From Veleropilina oligotropha (Eukaryota): DNA of 64,000 nt. Location of the stretch: assembly GCA_048128005.1 (NCBI GenBank), contig JBEUKZ010000115.1, forward strand, positions 62,001 through 126,000, in the 5' to 3' direction. A model generated the notes under the pieces. It did not search any database and was not told the origin of the DNA. It saw only the letters and a program-made list of their open reading frames with translations. Below, piece by piece: positions 50,726 to 63,354 of the stretch. Every line of letters starts with the position of its first letter. Position 1 is the stretch's first letter. The translations under genes and the position numbers were made by a program.

Positions 50726-51498
50726 GGATGACAATGTTTGGCCTCCGGAGTCACTCTTGGAGTTCAGTGTATGAGTTAACTTGGGTGACCACTGCAGTCA
50801 CCCTTAGATAGCGCTGCTTGTATATAGAGGATATTACATGAGTGGTAGTGCAATATATCACATTTATGAAACGAGTTTAATTAATTTTCATTGCCGAGGA
50901 AAATATGAATAGTAGTTAAAACAAGTTTCATAAGTATTATATTTATTACTCTACCACGAACGTGATGTTCTATAATTTATGACGTCATAATCATGCATTA
51001 CAAAAAATAGTGAAATTTCCTTCGAAATACAATGTTAACGTGCTTGTAAAGTAAAATTAAAGATTAACAAGCAACTATGTGAAGGTAGAATGTTAAACTG
51101 TATATATGTTATCAAAACGAAATAAAATAAGGAATACTATTTGTGCCTAAAATTTAGAATGGTAATCCTAACATCTATACATGTGCGACACGTTATCGTC
51201 GATTACGTTTTGGATTGAGTTTGATCGGCATAGAAAGGCAATTTTTCGGTTGACATTTCATCACTTGCGTTTTCATTGGTTGTTTTAACGTTCTCTTAGT
51301 AATCACCCAATCACATTTCCAACAGGCTTTATGACACGCATGTATTACGATGAATAGTACATGGTGTTGCACTATGGGGAAATGACCAAGACATATGTTA
51401 AATGGTTTTATGACAGGGTTACCTTTGAGGTCACTCTTGGTTAGCACTGTTTGTATATGGTTAGGCTATTAATGTGTGATATATTGCATGTGTTTCAG

Positions 51499-51591
51499 GT
51501 GACGCTGTACCATCTCTTGAAGTTGTTTCAGAGTGAGACGGATATTATGCTCGGAAAAAAGTCCCTGGTTGCTGAACTGTATGACGAGCTA
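51499..51591 (+). CDS. YEATS4: YEATS4 coding exon 5
   Basis: [43 protein letters not shown]; 93 nt. Confidence 0.97.
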
Positions 51592-51886
51592 GTATGTGAC
51601 ATTTATTATGATTATGTAGATATGCGCAAAGATCCCAATTGGTACGAGTCTGGTCATGTGCTGGATAAAAGTGTGGGTCCCCATTCACTGTCCTAACCGC
51701 TCTGATTCACTGCAGGAGTGGGTTTGAATCCTTGGCTAGGATCTTTTGTGCAGCTAAGTCACAATAATATTTGTAATTATTCAGTGAGTGCGGGTTTCCC
51801 GGGCGACCGAGCTTTCCAACCAACCGTTGGTATGTTATCCATTATAGCTGGCACAAGCAGACCACTCGATGGTCATATCGCCTTCA

Positions 51887-52056
51887 TTTTTGTCTCGCCC
51901 CGAAGGGAAAGCGAGACTTAGGGATTACATTTTCCGTCGGCGTCTGCGTCGTCGGCGTCGTGTCATTTTCGGTTAAAGTTTTTCATTGAATGGAATTTTC
52001 TGATACATTGATATATATATTTAAAGGGCGAGACATATCGGACCGTGGTTCTTGTT
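51887..52056 (-). mobile_element. Minimal ~170-bp HINE, same family as 35759-36274 but without internal repeat units
   Basis: The reverse complement matches both ends of 35759-36274, joined at ATGAAAAACTTTAACCGAAAA. Confidence 0.8.
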
Positions 52057-52099
52057 TAAGGCAGAACAATCAAACTGGACATTAACAGTGTGTTCAGCT

Positions 52100-53112
52100 T
52101 TTTGGCTCGCATGCAACGCAAATGCGAGTCTATGTAATGAGCATGTCGTCTGGCCGTTCGTCCATCCGTCTGTCCGTCCGACCGGCATCAACAATTGGTT
52201 CTCCTGTTAAAGTTTTTGGTTAAAGTTTCTCAGTCATGCTATATAAGCAACAATATGCATGTTTCAACATTTCTATGTGGTAGATATCACTTTTTCATTG
52301 TTACCTAACCCTAAATAAATAATATTGAAGGTAATTTAATTTAAATTTCACTATAAAATGTCAATTTTGAACTTAGAAATTTAGAGAGTTTTTGGTTAAA
52401 GTTTCTCAAGCATGCTATATGTGCAACAATAGGCATATTTTTGCTTCGTTCTTTGTCAGATATCACTCTTTCATTGTCATTATACCCCCACAAACGAAGT
52501 TTAGGGGGCATATAGGAGTCGGCTTGTCTGTCAGTTGGTCTGTTGCAAATTCTCTTCCACTCCATATCTCCGATACTATTTCACCTAGGGACACGAAACT
52601 TGATGTGTAGATGCATCATAACCCAAAGGTGTGTCGTGTACCGAAAGTAGGTCACTGTGACCTACATTTCACACTTGGTCCAAAATTCCCTTCCGATACT
52701 ATTTGACCGAGGGACACAAAACTTGATGTGTCTATGCGTTCTAGCCCAAAGGTGTCGCATTCTGAAAATAGTTCACTGTAACCTAATTTTCACGCTTGAC
52801 CGCATTTGGTCCAAAATTCCCTTCGCTCCACATCTTTCATACTATTTGACATAGGGACACGAAATTTGTTGTGTGGACGCGTCATTACACAAAGGTGTGT
52901 CGCGTACAGAAAGTAGGTCACCGTGACCTACTTGTCACGCATATGATCACTCCTGTGATAACTCTAGTTTGATTACATTTAATTGCAATTTACCTATAAA
53001 TTACCACTTTTGGACTTAGAAATTAGAAAATTTTGCTCTTAACACTTATGAAATATAAGTGATTGATGCGTATTTTCACGTATGCGAGCCATTTCGAGCT
53101 TTAGCTCTTGTT
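52100..53112 (-). mobile_element. HINE-type element with a second HINE nested at ~52480-52950
   Basis: GCTCGCAT..ATGCGAGT hairpin, (GTCC)n microsatellite and CTCTTGTT end. The nested copy begins TTATACCCCCACAAACGAAGTTTAGGGGGCATATAGGAGTC and ends CTCTAGTTT. Confidence 0.6.
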
Positions 53113-54616
53113 TAACAATCTAGCTAGATAATATTTTAAAATATCTATTGAAAGTTTAAATGAAAAGCACCATTTTATTATGCTCCCACAAACGAAGTTT
53201 AGGGGGGCATATAGGAGTCAGCTTGGCTGTCGGTCTGTGGGCCGGACGGTCGGTCTGTTGCAAATTCCCTTCTGCTCCATATCTCTGATACTATTTCGCC
53301 TAGGGACACGAAACTTGATGTGTGGATGCGTCATATAATCCAAAGGTGTCGCGTACTGAAAGTAGGTCACAGCGACCTACTTTCCATGATTGCGTGCTCT
53401 TAATCCAAAATTCCCTTCCGCTCCATATCTCCCATACTATTTGACCGAGGGATACGAAACTTAATGTGTGCATGCGTCATAACCCAAAGGTGTGTCGCGT
53501 ACTGAAAGTAGGTCACTGCGACCTACTTTTCATGCTTGACTGCACTTGGTCCAAAATTCCCTTCCTCTCCATATCTCCCATACTATTTGACCGAAGGACA
53601 TGAAACTTGATGTGTGCATGCGTCATAATGCAAAGATGTGTCGCGTACTGAAAGTAGGTCAATGCGACCTGCTTTTCATGCTTGACTGCACTTGATCCAA
53701 AATTCCCTTCCGCTCCAAATCTCCCATACTATTTGACCGAGGGAAACGAAACTTGATGTGTGTATGTGTCATAACCCAAAGGTGTGTCGCTTACTAAAAG
53801 TAGGTCACTGTGACCTACTTTTCCTGTTTGAAGCATTTGGCCCAAAATTCCCTTCCGCTCCATATCTCCCATACTATTTGACCAATGGACATGAAATTTG
53901 ATGTGCATGTGCGTCATAATTGTAAGGTATGTTGCGTACCAGCATTAGGTCACCACGACCTACATTTCACACTTGACCGCATTCAGTCTAAAATTCCCTT
54001 CATCTCCGTATCTCCCATACTATTTGACTGACGGAAACGAAACTTCATGGGTGGATTTCTTATGTATGGTTTAAACCTATACTATAAAATCTCCAGTTTA
54101 CCCCTGGAGTAAACCATAGTTTACCCGCAAATTGCATTTCTCATCCTCAGACTAATAAACCTTGAATAAACCAAAAGTAAAGTTTGACTGTACAATAAAC
54201 CTGGTTAGGGGCTAGTTTATCACAACGGATAGATAATAACAGCGGGAAGCATTGGGCAGTTCTGGCACGGATATTGTGTTTTGAGAATTAAAGTCATTTC
54301 TATCACTTTGTTACATATTAGATACAGTGTTGCCGTTAGCATATGTATATTGTAATTATTTTGTACAATACAGTCCTTCATCTATTATTTAAATTAAGTC
54401 ATAAATATACAATTTATATGCAAAATATTTTGTAGTTTCTGAAGCATCATAATCATGGGGATATTCGATGTCCATGGCAAACACTTGCAAGGAATAATAA
54501 TTATGCTCTGCCCTTTGAAATTTATTTACTGTATTATATGCCTGGTGTCGCATCCACCATCGGTGACCCATCGCTTCCTTTTCTGCTTTCCGAAATCCTT
54601 CTTGGCCTTTATTTCA

Positions 54617-54865
54617 GACGTGCCATTTCGACAGTCGAGTGGCTGTGAACTCCGAAAAATCGCTGACGCGAACGCTAGTGGGTTCAAACCTCGGCAGTGA
54701 CATCACACATTTGTTCAAGTTATGAATCACAATTGTCCGTAACTGGTCGGGGAGGGCGGGTTTCACCGGGTGACCGGCATTTCCTCCGGCGTTAATACTG
54801 ACATATCTTTGAACCAAATGATGGTTGGAAATATACAGGACATTAAGCATCGATCCTTTTCTTTC
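54617..54865 (+). mobile_element. tRNA-derived SINE (family 2)
   Basis: GGGTTCAAACCTC B-box, TTTGTTCAAGTTATGAATCACA core and an ACATTAAGCATCGATCC tail. Confidence 0.7.
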
Positions 54866-54879
54866 CTTTTTTTTGTTTC

Positions 54880-55366
54880 CTAACCGAAACCGAAAACCGA
54901 ATCGACACCGATTCGGTTCCGGTGGTGCTTTTGTAGCGTACCATTGCTTTACTTCATTAAAACTACTGCAATATGGTTGATACATACAATAGTTGCGATG
55001 ATGAGATGCTAGGATAAGTGTTGCCGAGAAGAAGACGACGTGCAAGATATGTATGGTGCACTAGATTAACTTGTAAAAGGCGGCAGGTGGAAGAATTGAA
55101 ACATCACCCCAGAGATCGTTGTTTTACGTACTTTAGGATGAGTGCAGACCACTTTGACGATAAATGTTTAGGCCTCATATACGCGTCACACCCAATAATT
55201 TTGGGTCACTCAATCCGAAAAAATATAAATTGAGATCATGCACCGAATTCGTTTCGTTTAGGGTTTAATTTCGGGTGTATGTGTGAAAGCTCCAGTATAT
55301 TTCTTTAGATTATATTTTTATTCGGTTTCGGTTCAGATTCGGTTCCGCGTATGCGTGAAACGGCTT
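54880..55366 (+). mobile_element. Second Harbinger-like fragment (transposase N-terminal relic)
   Basis: Peptide RRRRARYVW...EELK...FTYFRMSADHFD resembles the Harbinger transposase N-terminus; AACCGAA / TTCGGTT subterminal repeats in inverted orientation. Confidence 0.55.
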
Positions 55367-55809
55367 TTTCATAGGTATTTTAATTGTGACAAATCTCTCA
55401 AGGCTGATCATTATATTTTATAGCAGTCTTTTCTGTGCTGCTTTTAATGACTCGGTATGGGTTTTCCCAATTTCGATGACTTTAATATTTTCATCCACCA
55501 ACAAAATAAAATTTGCTTGTTTCCTTAAAAGAAAATTTTCTTGTCTATCTAAAACAACATTGCGAACTTGCATTTGGTATTTTACAAACTGTTTTCGGTC
55601 ATAAACCTTGCGTGCTATATCGCCGAAATTGGCAACGAAAGCAGAACTTGGTTTGAATAACATGGCGATAATCAGCGCATGTGAAATGCGGTGCAGTTTA
55701 TTTCAGACTAGGTTTGGAAGTCGGTTTTCATGACCAAGGTTTAAACATGTAATAAACCTAGGTTTTCATGACCACGTTATAAACCAGGTTTGTTGACATA
55801 AACCTAGTT

Positions 55810-57512
55810 TATTAGGGCCCCGTTAGGGAGCCCTATAGTGATCACCTTTTCCGTCCGTCCGTCCTTCCGTCCGTCCGTCCGATGCTCATTTGGTTAAGGT
55901 TCAGGTTAAACCTTCTGTTAACATAATTTGATATGAATGTATGGTAATAAATGAACAAGGGAATGTTCCTAAATGCTGTATTGAGATTAACGAAAGGAAT
56001 TTCATATGTTTAATTGACATAGGAGAGAATTTAGGTTCAAAAATCTTGGTTAAGCTGTTTGGTTAAACGTTCTATTTGGTATTAATGGTTCACTTTTTCC
56101 GTATAGTTTGCTTGATAAAGGCACTTTTTTGTCGGTCGCAGGCTTCTTTGAATATTATTATTATGGATAATTCCAGAAACTGGAGTGTTGATATCGAACG
56201 AATTTATTAGAAATTTTCATGGTTAAGGTACCAGGTTAAAGGTTCAACTTGAAGCATTTTTGAAAGATTTATGGTCAGGTTTGATTTTTTAACAAAGTTA
56301 AACGCTTGGTTATCATTTCAAGGAACACTTTTATTAAAGGTATTTGCAACTGTTACCAAATGAATTTTTTTTTTATAACTTTTAACAGTAAATTTAAAAG
56401 AAAATAGTTTGGTTAAGGTACCAGGTTAAGGGTTCTCATTGAATCATTTTTGAAAGTTTTTTAGCAGTTTTTACAATGTTAAATGATTGAATATCATTTC
56501 AAGGAGCAGTTTTATTACAGGTAATTGTAATTGTTACCAATTGGATTCATTTTTTTAAATTTTATCGGGAAATTTAAAAGAAAATAGTGTGGTTAAGATT
56601 CCAAGTTTTAGTTTCTAAGCATTTTTGAAAGTTTTATGGCCATGTTTGATATTCTAACAGACTTAAATGTTTGTAATGCATGGTAGCTGTAAATGTTATC
56701 TAATGGATACATTGAAATTTTACATTTCAAATTTTAAATTTATTTTTAAATTTATTTTTAAATTTAATTTTAAATTTTAAATTTAATTGTAAATTTAATT
56801 GAAAAGAAAATCGTTATTGATCTTCAATGTCTATCTGTTTCGGTCATTTATAATATAATACTCCGGTCTTATATAGCACATTATTACGCTAGTGTCTCAA
56901 TGCGCTGAACATTATTACCCCTGGTTATGGGCCTGTTACACTCGATGTACCATCTCAACTCCCTCTGGGAGCATTACAGTCATTTACACGCGGGTAGCGC
57001 CGTGACTTACATAACTGCCAACCAGGTACCCATTCAGATCGGCTGGGTGGACCGAGGCAAATATATGCTTATTTCCTTATTTGTCTCTCTGTCAGACTTG
57101 CTCTAGGCTTGTAGTTGTTACTACAGGTACAGTAAGCCGTGAGACTTAAGGTGACAGGTTGTGGGGCTATATATATTTAATATCATAGCTTCCCTGTTGG
57201 CAGTAGCCAATGGGTTCTTGATCATACTAGTTTCATATGATTTAATGTTTACTTTCTGTCTGTCTCTGACTACAGGTACATCAATGTGAGAGAGGTAACA
57301 GTTTGTGACACAATATCATCATGTATAGCTTTTCTGTTGGAAATATCCAGTGCATAATGATTTTGGAGTATCAACAGCATAAGCTTCATCAAATGGTCAA
57401 TGTAAATTTATCTTCTATTTTTGCATATATAACAATTATTACTCACATGTGAATGTTTATCGAGTTATATTGGTGGAGCGGGGCCCACTGTGATGGCACC
57501 CCATCACTTGTT
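55810..57512 (-). mobile_element. HINE-type element nested in the Harbinger element
   Basis: TAGGGCCCCGTTAGGGAGCCCTA hairpin, (CCGT)n microsatellite, degenerate internal repeats and a GTGATGGCACCCCATCACTTGTT end. Confidence 0.6.
56855..57060 (-). mobile_element. SINE fragment with a Nin/Deu-like central domain
   Basis: Minus strand CACCCAG...AATGGGTACCTGG...CTCCCCAGAGGGAGTTGAGATGG...AGCGCATTGAGAC...GCTATATAAG resembles Nin-domain SINEs (from recall). Confidence 0.55.
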
Positions 57513-57911
57513 ATCTAGTATAAACTTAACATAAGAAATCCACCCCATGTGTTTATGCAACAGCCTGTTCCTGGGTCAAACGCTTTCGTGGGGGCATATG
57601 ATCACTCCTATGATAGCTCTAGTTTACATTGCTTTAACACGTGTATCTAATATGTGAAACTGTATGTTGTCAGTGTTTAAAAAAAAAAAATCGTAATTTC
57701 AAGGAGCGAAGGCCTTCAGCATATTCCACTAGTGGTTATAAAAACTTTATTTATAATATTACCATATTAGTGAAATGAATAGAGTGAGCACTGCTGTGTC
57801 GAAGACAACCAATATGTTATTGTCTATGTGCTTGCTCTGTATGTGTAGGTGCTCCAGGTGCTCTGTATGTGTAGGTGCTCCAGGTGCTCTGTATGTGTAG
57901 GTGCTCCAGGT

Positions 57912-58070
57912 GGCTGCTTCGACGGTCGTGTGGCTTCGCTTGCAGACTCCGAAAAATCACTGGCTTGATTCCGCTGATGCAAACAGTAGAGGGTTCGAAT
58001 CTCGGTTGGAACATGACATTATTTGTTCAAGTTATGAATCACATATATATATATATGCATCGATCCTTTC
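57912..58070 (+). mobile_element. Internally deleted family-2 SINE abutting the YEATS4 exon 6 acceptor
   Basis: CTCCGAAAAATC, GGGTTCGAATCTCGG, TTTGTTCAAGTTATGAATCACA and the tail GCATCGATCCTTT are shared with 54617-54865. Confidence 0.7.
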
Positions 58071-58077
58071 CTTGTAG

Positions 58078-58165
58078 GTGTTCCAGGATCCCACCGCACC
58101 CATGCAGACGCTCCTCACCACGATACGACCCGTGACAGCGGGCATATACAAACACGATAATGACT
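58078..58165 (+). CDS. YEATS4: YEATS4 coding exon 6 (final coiled-coil exon not found in the window)
   Basis: CTTGTAG| VFQDPTAPMQTLLTTIRPVTAGIYKHDND+T |GTAAGT; 88 nt (human IFQDPTAMMQQLLTTSRQLTLGAYKHETE, from recall). Confidence 0.93.
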
Positions 58166-59202
58166 GTAAGTTAGAATTACAAGCAAAAAGGGGACTATAG
58201 TATATGTAGTTACAAACTTACTTACGTCCTTACACTTGCCATAATAGTCATATTATCGCTAACCGGAAACAGTGAATAAGTCACACTTTATGCACTATTA
58301 AGTCAAAACACTACGATTACCTCCCCTGCTCCCCCTCTATAAGTTCCCCCGGCGAGATCTCGCCAAGTCTCACGAGATGTCCGAGCTCAAGGCCAAAAGG
58401 CTTCAATTCAAAGTTTTCCGCCATACTGGAAAAACGTGTTTTGTTTTGCTCCGCAAATATATATTCTGTCTGGCGATTTATACGTTTAAATCTAAGACGC
58501 TAAACTACTTATAACAACATAGTTATAAGCATTGGATATTACCCTGTGGATGAGAAATAAACATCAGTGAATACAGAAGATTTATAATCTGGACTTCGAA
58601 GAAAGTTGTGAAAGATTGTGAAACCGACATCGCCGCCATTGCCGATAAAAGCATGGGCCGCTCAGAGGGGAAGTTTCGTTAGCAAATAAGGAAATTTCTG
58701 GTCGGTAACCGTATATATATCTGATATTATTTGAGACTTCTCAAAAGGTAACTCATTATATTGGATAATTCCTTAACGACGCTTATTGCTGGTAATTATT
58801 GTTTAAATATTTAGCGTCGTTAAAAGGCAGGATTGTTTAGACATCAACATTAGTTGTTCTTATATCCTGCCGTTACTGGGATAATACGCCACCGTACTAA
58901 TTCTTAATAATGTCTTGTCCTTTTTTACAAAAAGGTCAAGACATAAAAACATCCACGAGGTTTTCAGGTGTTTTCTTGGGCGGTTTTTTCTAAGAAAAAA
59001 CCTCCCCTTTTTAGTCTATTGCCGGGTTTTTATTAACCGGCCTCAGTGTTACCAGCTCAGGGTTATTTTGCGGTATATCACCTGATCTCCGATCTTCAGA
59101 TTAGGTACAATCTTAAAGGTTGTAGTAGTAAAGTCACAACTACCAAACATATACTTTTAACTACCCCGTTCCACCCACTACTACCCTCCCGTGTATTCAG
59201 CT

Positions 59203-61424
59203 ATGGTCCGGTGCAGCAACTCCGGGTGTAACCAGAAGATTCACGGATTTGATAGGCACACGGAATGCCGTGTTCACCGTAACTGCAGTAAGTCTTATAA
59301 ATGTGAACTGTGCCTAGGTTTAACAGAGAGTTAGTGGGCGATCGTATTTCCACCGGTGAAGCCGACCTGGGCGGTTACCACGGTGGGTTCTCCCCCGGAG
59401 AAGGGACAAAATGGTAGGTTAAAGGGAATTAACGTTTCTTTGTCTACTTCAGGGACGCTGGACGACAGTCGACCAAAAGGGAATACCGGCGAAACCTCCG
59501 CGACTCATGGGGGAGTCGCCGAAACCTTGCCGGACCCCAGATTCAGGTAGGAGCCCGAGTGCTGTCCGATCCTCCTCAAACGGGCCTAGTAACTGCAGCC
59601 AACCATACCTTGCCGGCTAGCAAGGTATATCTGGCAGCGCAGCGAACCGCTGAACAGGGCAGACATTCCACATCCTATTCTTCGGCCTCGAAGAATACGG
59701 GGAACGTTAGTCCTTCTGCGGGAAACTCTCCGTGTAATGACGGTGAGCAACCCAATGAGAAAGCCAATATAGAGGCCGGACACCATTACGATGGTCTAAG
59801 ATCCGGACAATTGGCGACGCCTGAAACCTCGTCCGAGACCGACGCGACTAACCCTTGGGTTTTTCCGCTCAACCTCGGAGCTCACGACTGTTTCAGAGGG
59901 CCCGTTATCTCCCGTGCGTCCACAGGGTCCACACTAGATAACGCGGACGGACCGGCTGCGTTCGGGCAGACGTTTTACGGTGACCCGACCGTGCCTCGCT
60001 CGAACAGAGTGGTAGACCAGTACGGACTGTGGCCGCAGTCCGACAGGTCGCCCGTCCCACTGAATGCGCCTTCGGGCCATTCCTTCGGGTATGACCGCTC
60101 GACGGGTGACCCGAGACCCTGGTTCTCGGCTCCACCTGTCCGTGCAGCCCGTCAACCTAGCGCCACGGTGACTTCGACCGAACTACCGGCTGTTAGTTCG
60201 ACGCCCGTCATGCCTCCGGGTTTCTCGTACGAGAACTTCCAGGCTATGTTCGCGGCGGAGTTCGAGTCCCGATGTAGGGCCTGGCAACCGGCTTCCCAGC
60301 CGCTCCAGGTCCCTACACCTCTGCCCGTGGCGCAGAGCACGGCTCCTGCCTCCGTGATGAGATCGACCCTCGTTCCGATGAGGACCTCGACTCCACTCAC
60401 TCCGACCTCCCTGAATCGGTCGGGCCCGAAGACGCTGGTAGTCTTCCAGGCACGCAGGAGCCGACCTCCACCACCCGCCGAAGGCTCGACGCCGTTTCGT
60501 CACTTCGCGGGGTGCTTGACCTGCCGGAACCGACTCGGTCGGATGTAGGCCCGGTCAAGCACAGGACGGCGGCACATCGGTTTGTTGAGAAGGAAGCCCC
60601 CTTGCTTCCTTCCTTACCTCAGTCTGGGCTGGTTGATCTGGTGGTCGACTCGACAACCAAGCTCATTCAGGGGCGCAATCCGGTGGAGTCCTCCCCATTG
60701 ACGGAGTTCCCTTCGGGGTTCCGTAGTGGGAGGTACCTCCGGGCCAGTTCGCGTTCGATCCCGTTCGCATGTACTGGTCGGTGCCTGGCGACTGAGCCAG
60801 CTCGTGTTGATGCAGCGATGCGTCGACTGACCGCCAGTCACACTCCCTCTGTAGCGAAAGTTCCTTGGTCTGCCTTGGAAGCTTTCGAGAGCTCCGCCCG
60901 ATGGGCTCGGCGGCTGTCGTCCGTTCAGGATTTTTCCTAGACGGGGCGATAAGCGTATTACAGGAGGAAGGACCCAGCGCCCGTGGGCAGCCCTGTCTTT
61001 CCTCCAGGAGGTTGCTGCCGTTATGGAGACCAGCGCGTTGGAGACGGGACGTGTCCTGGGTAACGCACTCCTACTTCATAGAGACGCTTGCCTGGAAGGC
61101 ACCTCGCTAGATGAGGCCACCCGGCGCTCATTGCGATGCGTGCCTTGCTCGGCCACCGCTCTATTTGGCGACAATTTCTCGGAATTCGTCGACAAGAGAG
61201 CGGCGGACCTGTAGGACAGTGCCATCGAGAAGGCGGTGCTGCACCCCCCCGGGGGTCCACCCGCCGACTCGAGGAAGCGTTCAGGGCCCACCCGGACCCC
61301 GAAGCCTTCCAAGCGTGCAAGGCCCTCTTCTGGTGGTAGGCCCACGGCCAATAAAACCACTCAGAAGAGGCAAGCACCGCCAACAAACTCCCGTCAGAGC
61401 GGGAGAGGGAAGCCTCGGCCCTAG
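59203..61424 (+). pseudogene. DIRS ORF1 (gag-like), disrupted
   Basis: MVRCSNSGCNQKIHGFDRHTECRVHRNCSKSYKCELC with a premature TAG at 59332, a 1-bp frameshift near 59533 relative to copy A, and further stops. C-terminal LLLHRDACL...SLRCVPCSATALFG is DIRS gag-like. Confidence 0.8.
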
Positions 61425-61439
61425 GGCTGCCGGCACACA

Positions 61440-63354
61440 CGACAGTCCCAGCTGCCCGCTTCCGCCGGTGGCAGCGTATCTGCTAGCGTACAGCCAGCCG
61501 TGGCTAGAACTAACAGACAGCAGCTGGGTCCCTCAGTCGTGAGTGCCGGATACAAGTTGGCATTCAACCGGCATCCGACCCTAACCGAGGCACCACCACC
61601 AAGACACGCTCGCCTCCTTCACGGAGAGAAGCAAGCGGTCTTAGACCAGGCAGTGCGGGACTTACTCCTCAAAGGAGCGATGTATCCCGCGCCGCCCAGC
61701 ACACCAGGATTTACAGCCATTTCTTCCTGGTCCCGAAACCCGATGGCCGCTGGCGACCGATCCTCGATCTCTCGTATCTCAACCGATATCTTCGCACCGA
61801 GAAATTCCAGCAAGAAACCCTCTCGAAGATACGAGCGGCCATCCGTCCGGGCGACTGGGCAGCGTCTATCGATCTGACCGACGCGTATCTGCATGTTCCG
61901 ATGCATAATCACGGCTCATCAGTACCTTCGGTTTATACATGGGGAGACGATCTACCAATTCAGGTGCCTACCGATCGGTCTATCGTCAGCCCCGTACGTC
62001 TTTACGAGAGCAGTACAGGCCCTCGGAGCCTTCCTACACTCTCTAGGGCACAGGGTACATATGTACCTCGACGACTGGCTGATCATCGGGGCGTCCCGGG
62101 ATCTGTGCCTCCGGTCTACGAGCTTTACCCTGTCATCGGCGAAGCGTCTGGGATATCAGATCAACGAGACAAAATCCTGCTTCGTACCCTCCAAGACGTT
62201 TACGTTTCTCGGAGTCGACTTCGATACGGCCCGGTACACCGCGAAACCGACCCAGAAACGTATACGGAACCTACGCGCGGTTATTCAAGACACCCTGTCA
62301 TCGGAGATAACTACGGCGCGACAACTGGCCACTGTCCTGGGGCACATAGAGTCGGTAGCGACCCTGCTACCGACGGGTCGAATGGAAACGACCGTTACAA
62401 CAGGCGTTCAGAGATCGCTGGATACAACGGATGGGGCAGTGGACGGATCGTATCGATCTTCGGCATTGGTTTACCAGCACGACAGCAGTGTGGTTGAACC
62501 CTGCTTTGCCGACCCAGTCGGTTCCTATATCCCCGCCAGAACCGAATGCTTACCTGTTCACAGATGCTTCGAACGACGGCTGGGGTGGTCACCTCGACAG
62601 TTACGAGACATCGGGCCTATGGCCGACGGACCTTCAGGGACGATACATAAACTACCTAGAGCTAGAAGCGGTCTACCTGACAGTACGGTCCCTCTCGTCA
62701 CATCTCCGCAACAAGCATATAATGCTCGCCACGGACAATACGACTGTCGTCGCATACATTCAACACCAGGGCGGCACTCGCTCGCGTCCCCTTTGCGACC
62801 GAGCAATCGACCTACACCGCCTAGTGATGTCCCTCAACTCGACGATACGAGCAAGACACATCCCGGGAAAGCTGAATGTCAGAGCGGACTCGCTCTCTCG
62901 GAAATCACAGATTATACACACAGAGTGGACGCTACACAGCCGAGTAGCTCGGGACGTTTGTCGCCGGTGGTCACAACCCCAAGTCGATCTGTTTGCAACA
63001 GAATTCAATTACCGACTACCTCTGTATGTCTCCCCATACCCGGACCCGGCCGCCCTAGCGGTCGACGCGTTGTCAATGACATGGGCGAATCTGTCCGCGT
63101 ATGCCTTCCCCCCGTCGTACATCCTGACACTCGTACTACAGAGGGCATCGAACGAACGTTGCGAGATAACGCTAATCGCGCCCCTGTATCGCACGCAACC
63201 TTGGTTTCCGACCCTCCTCGATCTGATCGTCGATCTACCGTTAGCGCTCCCGCAGAGACCGGACCTGTTAATGCAGGCGCGCAGTCGTGTATTACACCCG
63301 TCGCCGACGACTTACGTTTACACGCCTGGCGGTTATCGAACGATCCCTCGCTAA
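61440..63354 (+). pseudogene. DIRS RT-RNase H-methyltransferase-like ORF, frameshifted
   Basis: FFLVPKPDGRWRPILDL, SIDLTDAYLHVP, YQFRCLPIGLSSAP, YLDDWLI, LFTDASNDGWGG, INYLELEAV, TDNTTVVAYI, HIPGKLNVRADSLSR, VDLFAT and YAFPP, spread over shifted frames. Confidence 0.92.

Larger units (their letters stand above)
54049..57545 (-). mobile_element. PIF/Harbinger-like element with a Myb/SANT-like protein relic and nested insertions
   Basis: TIR GGGTGGATTTCTTATG / CATAAGAAATCCACCC with a 3-bp TSD CAT. Minus-strand peptides RQENFLLRKQANFILLVDENIKVIEIGKT (~55500) and EIKAKKDFGKQKRKRWVTDGG (~54580) resemble the Harbinger Myb/SANT protein. Confidence 0.78.
53177..57625 (-). mobile_element. HINE-type element with ~146-bp tandem repeats, split by a Harbinger insertion
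   Basis: Same ends as the 52480-52950 copy (TTATGCTCCCACAAACGAAGTTT... / ...GATCACTCCTATGATAGCTCTAGTTT); AAAATTCCCTTC recurs every 146 bp from 53407 to 53990. Confidence 0.7.

Noticed and set aside
62930..63250. DNA adenine methyltransferase-like domain as a novel cargo gene
   Set aside because: The DLFA...YAFPP domain after RNase H is an established component of DIRS1-like elements.
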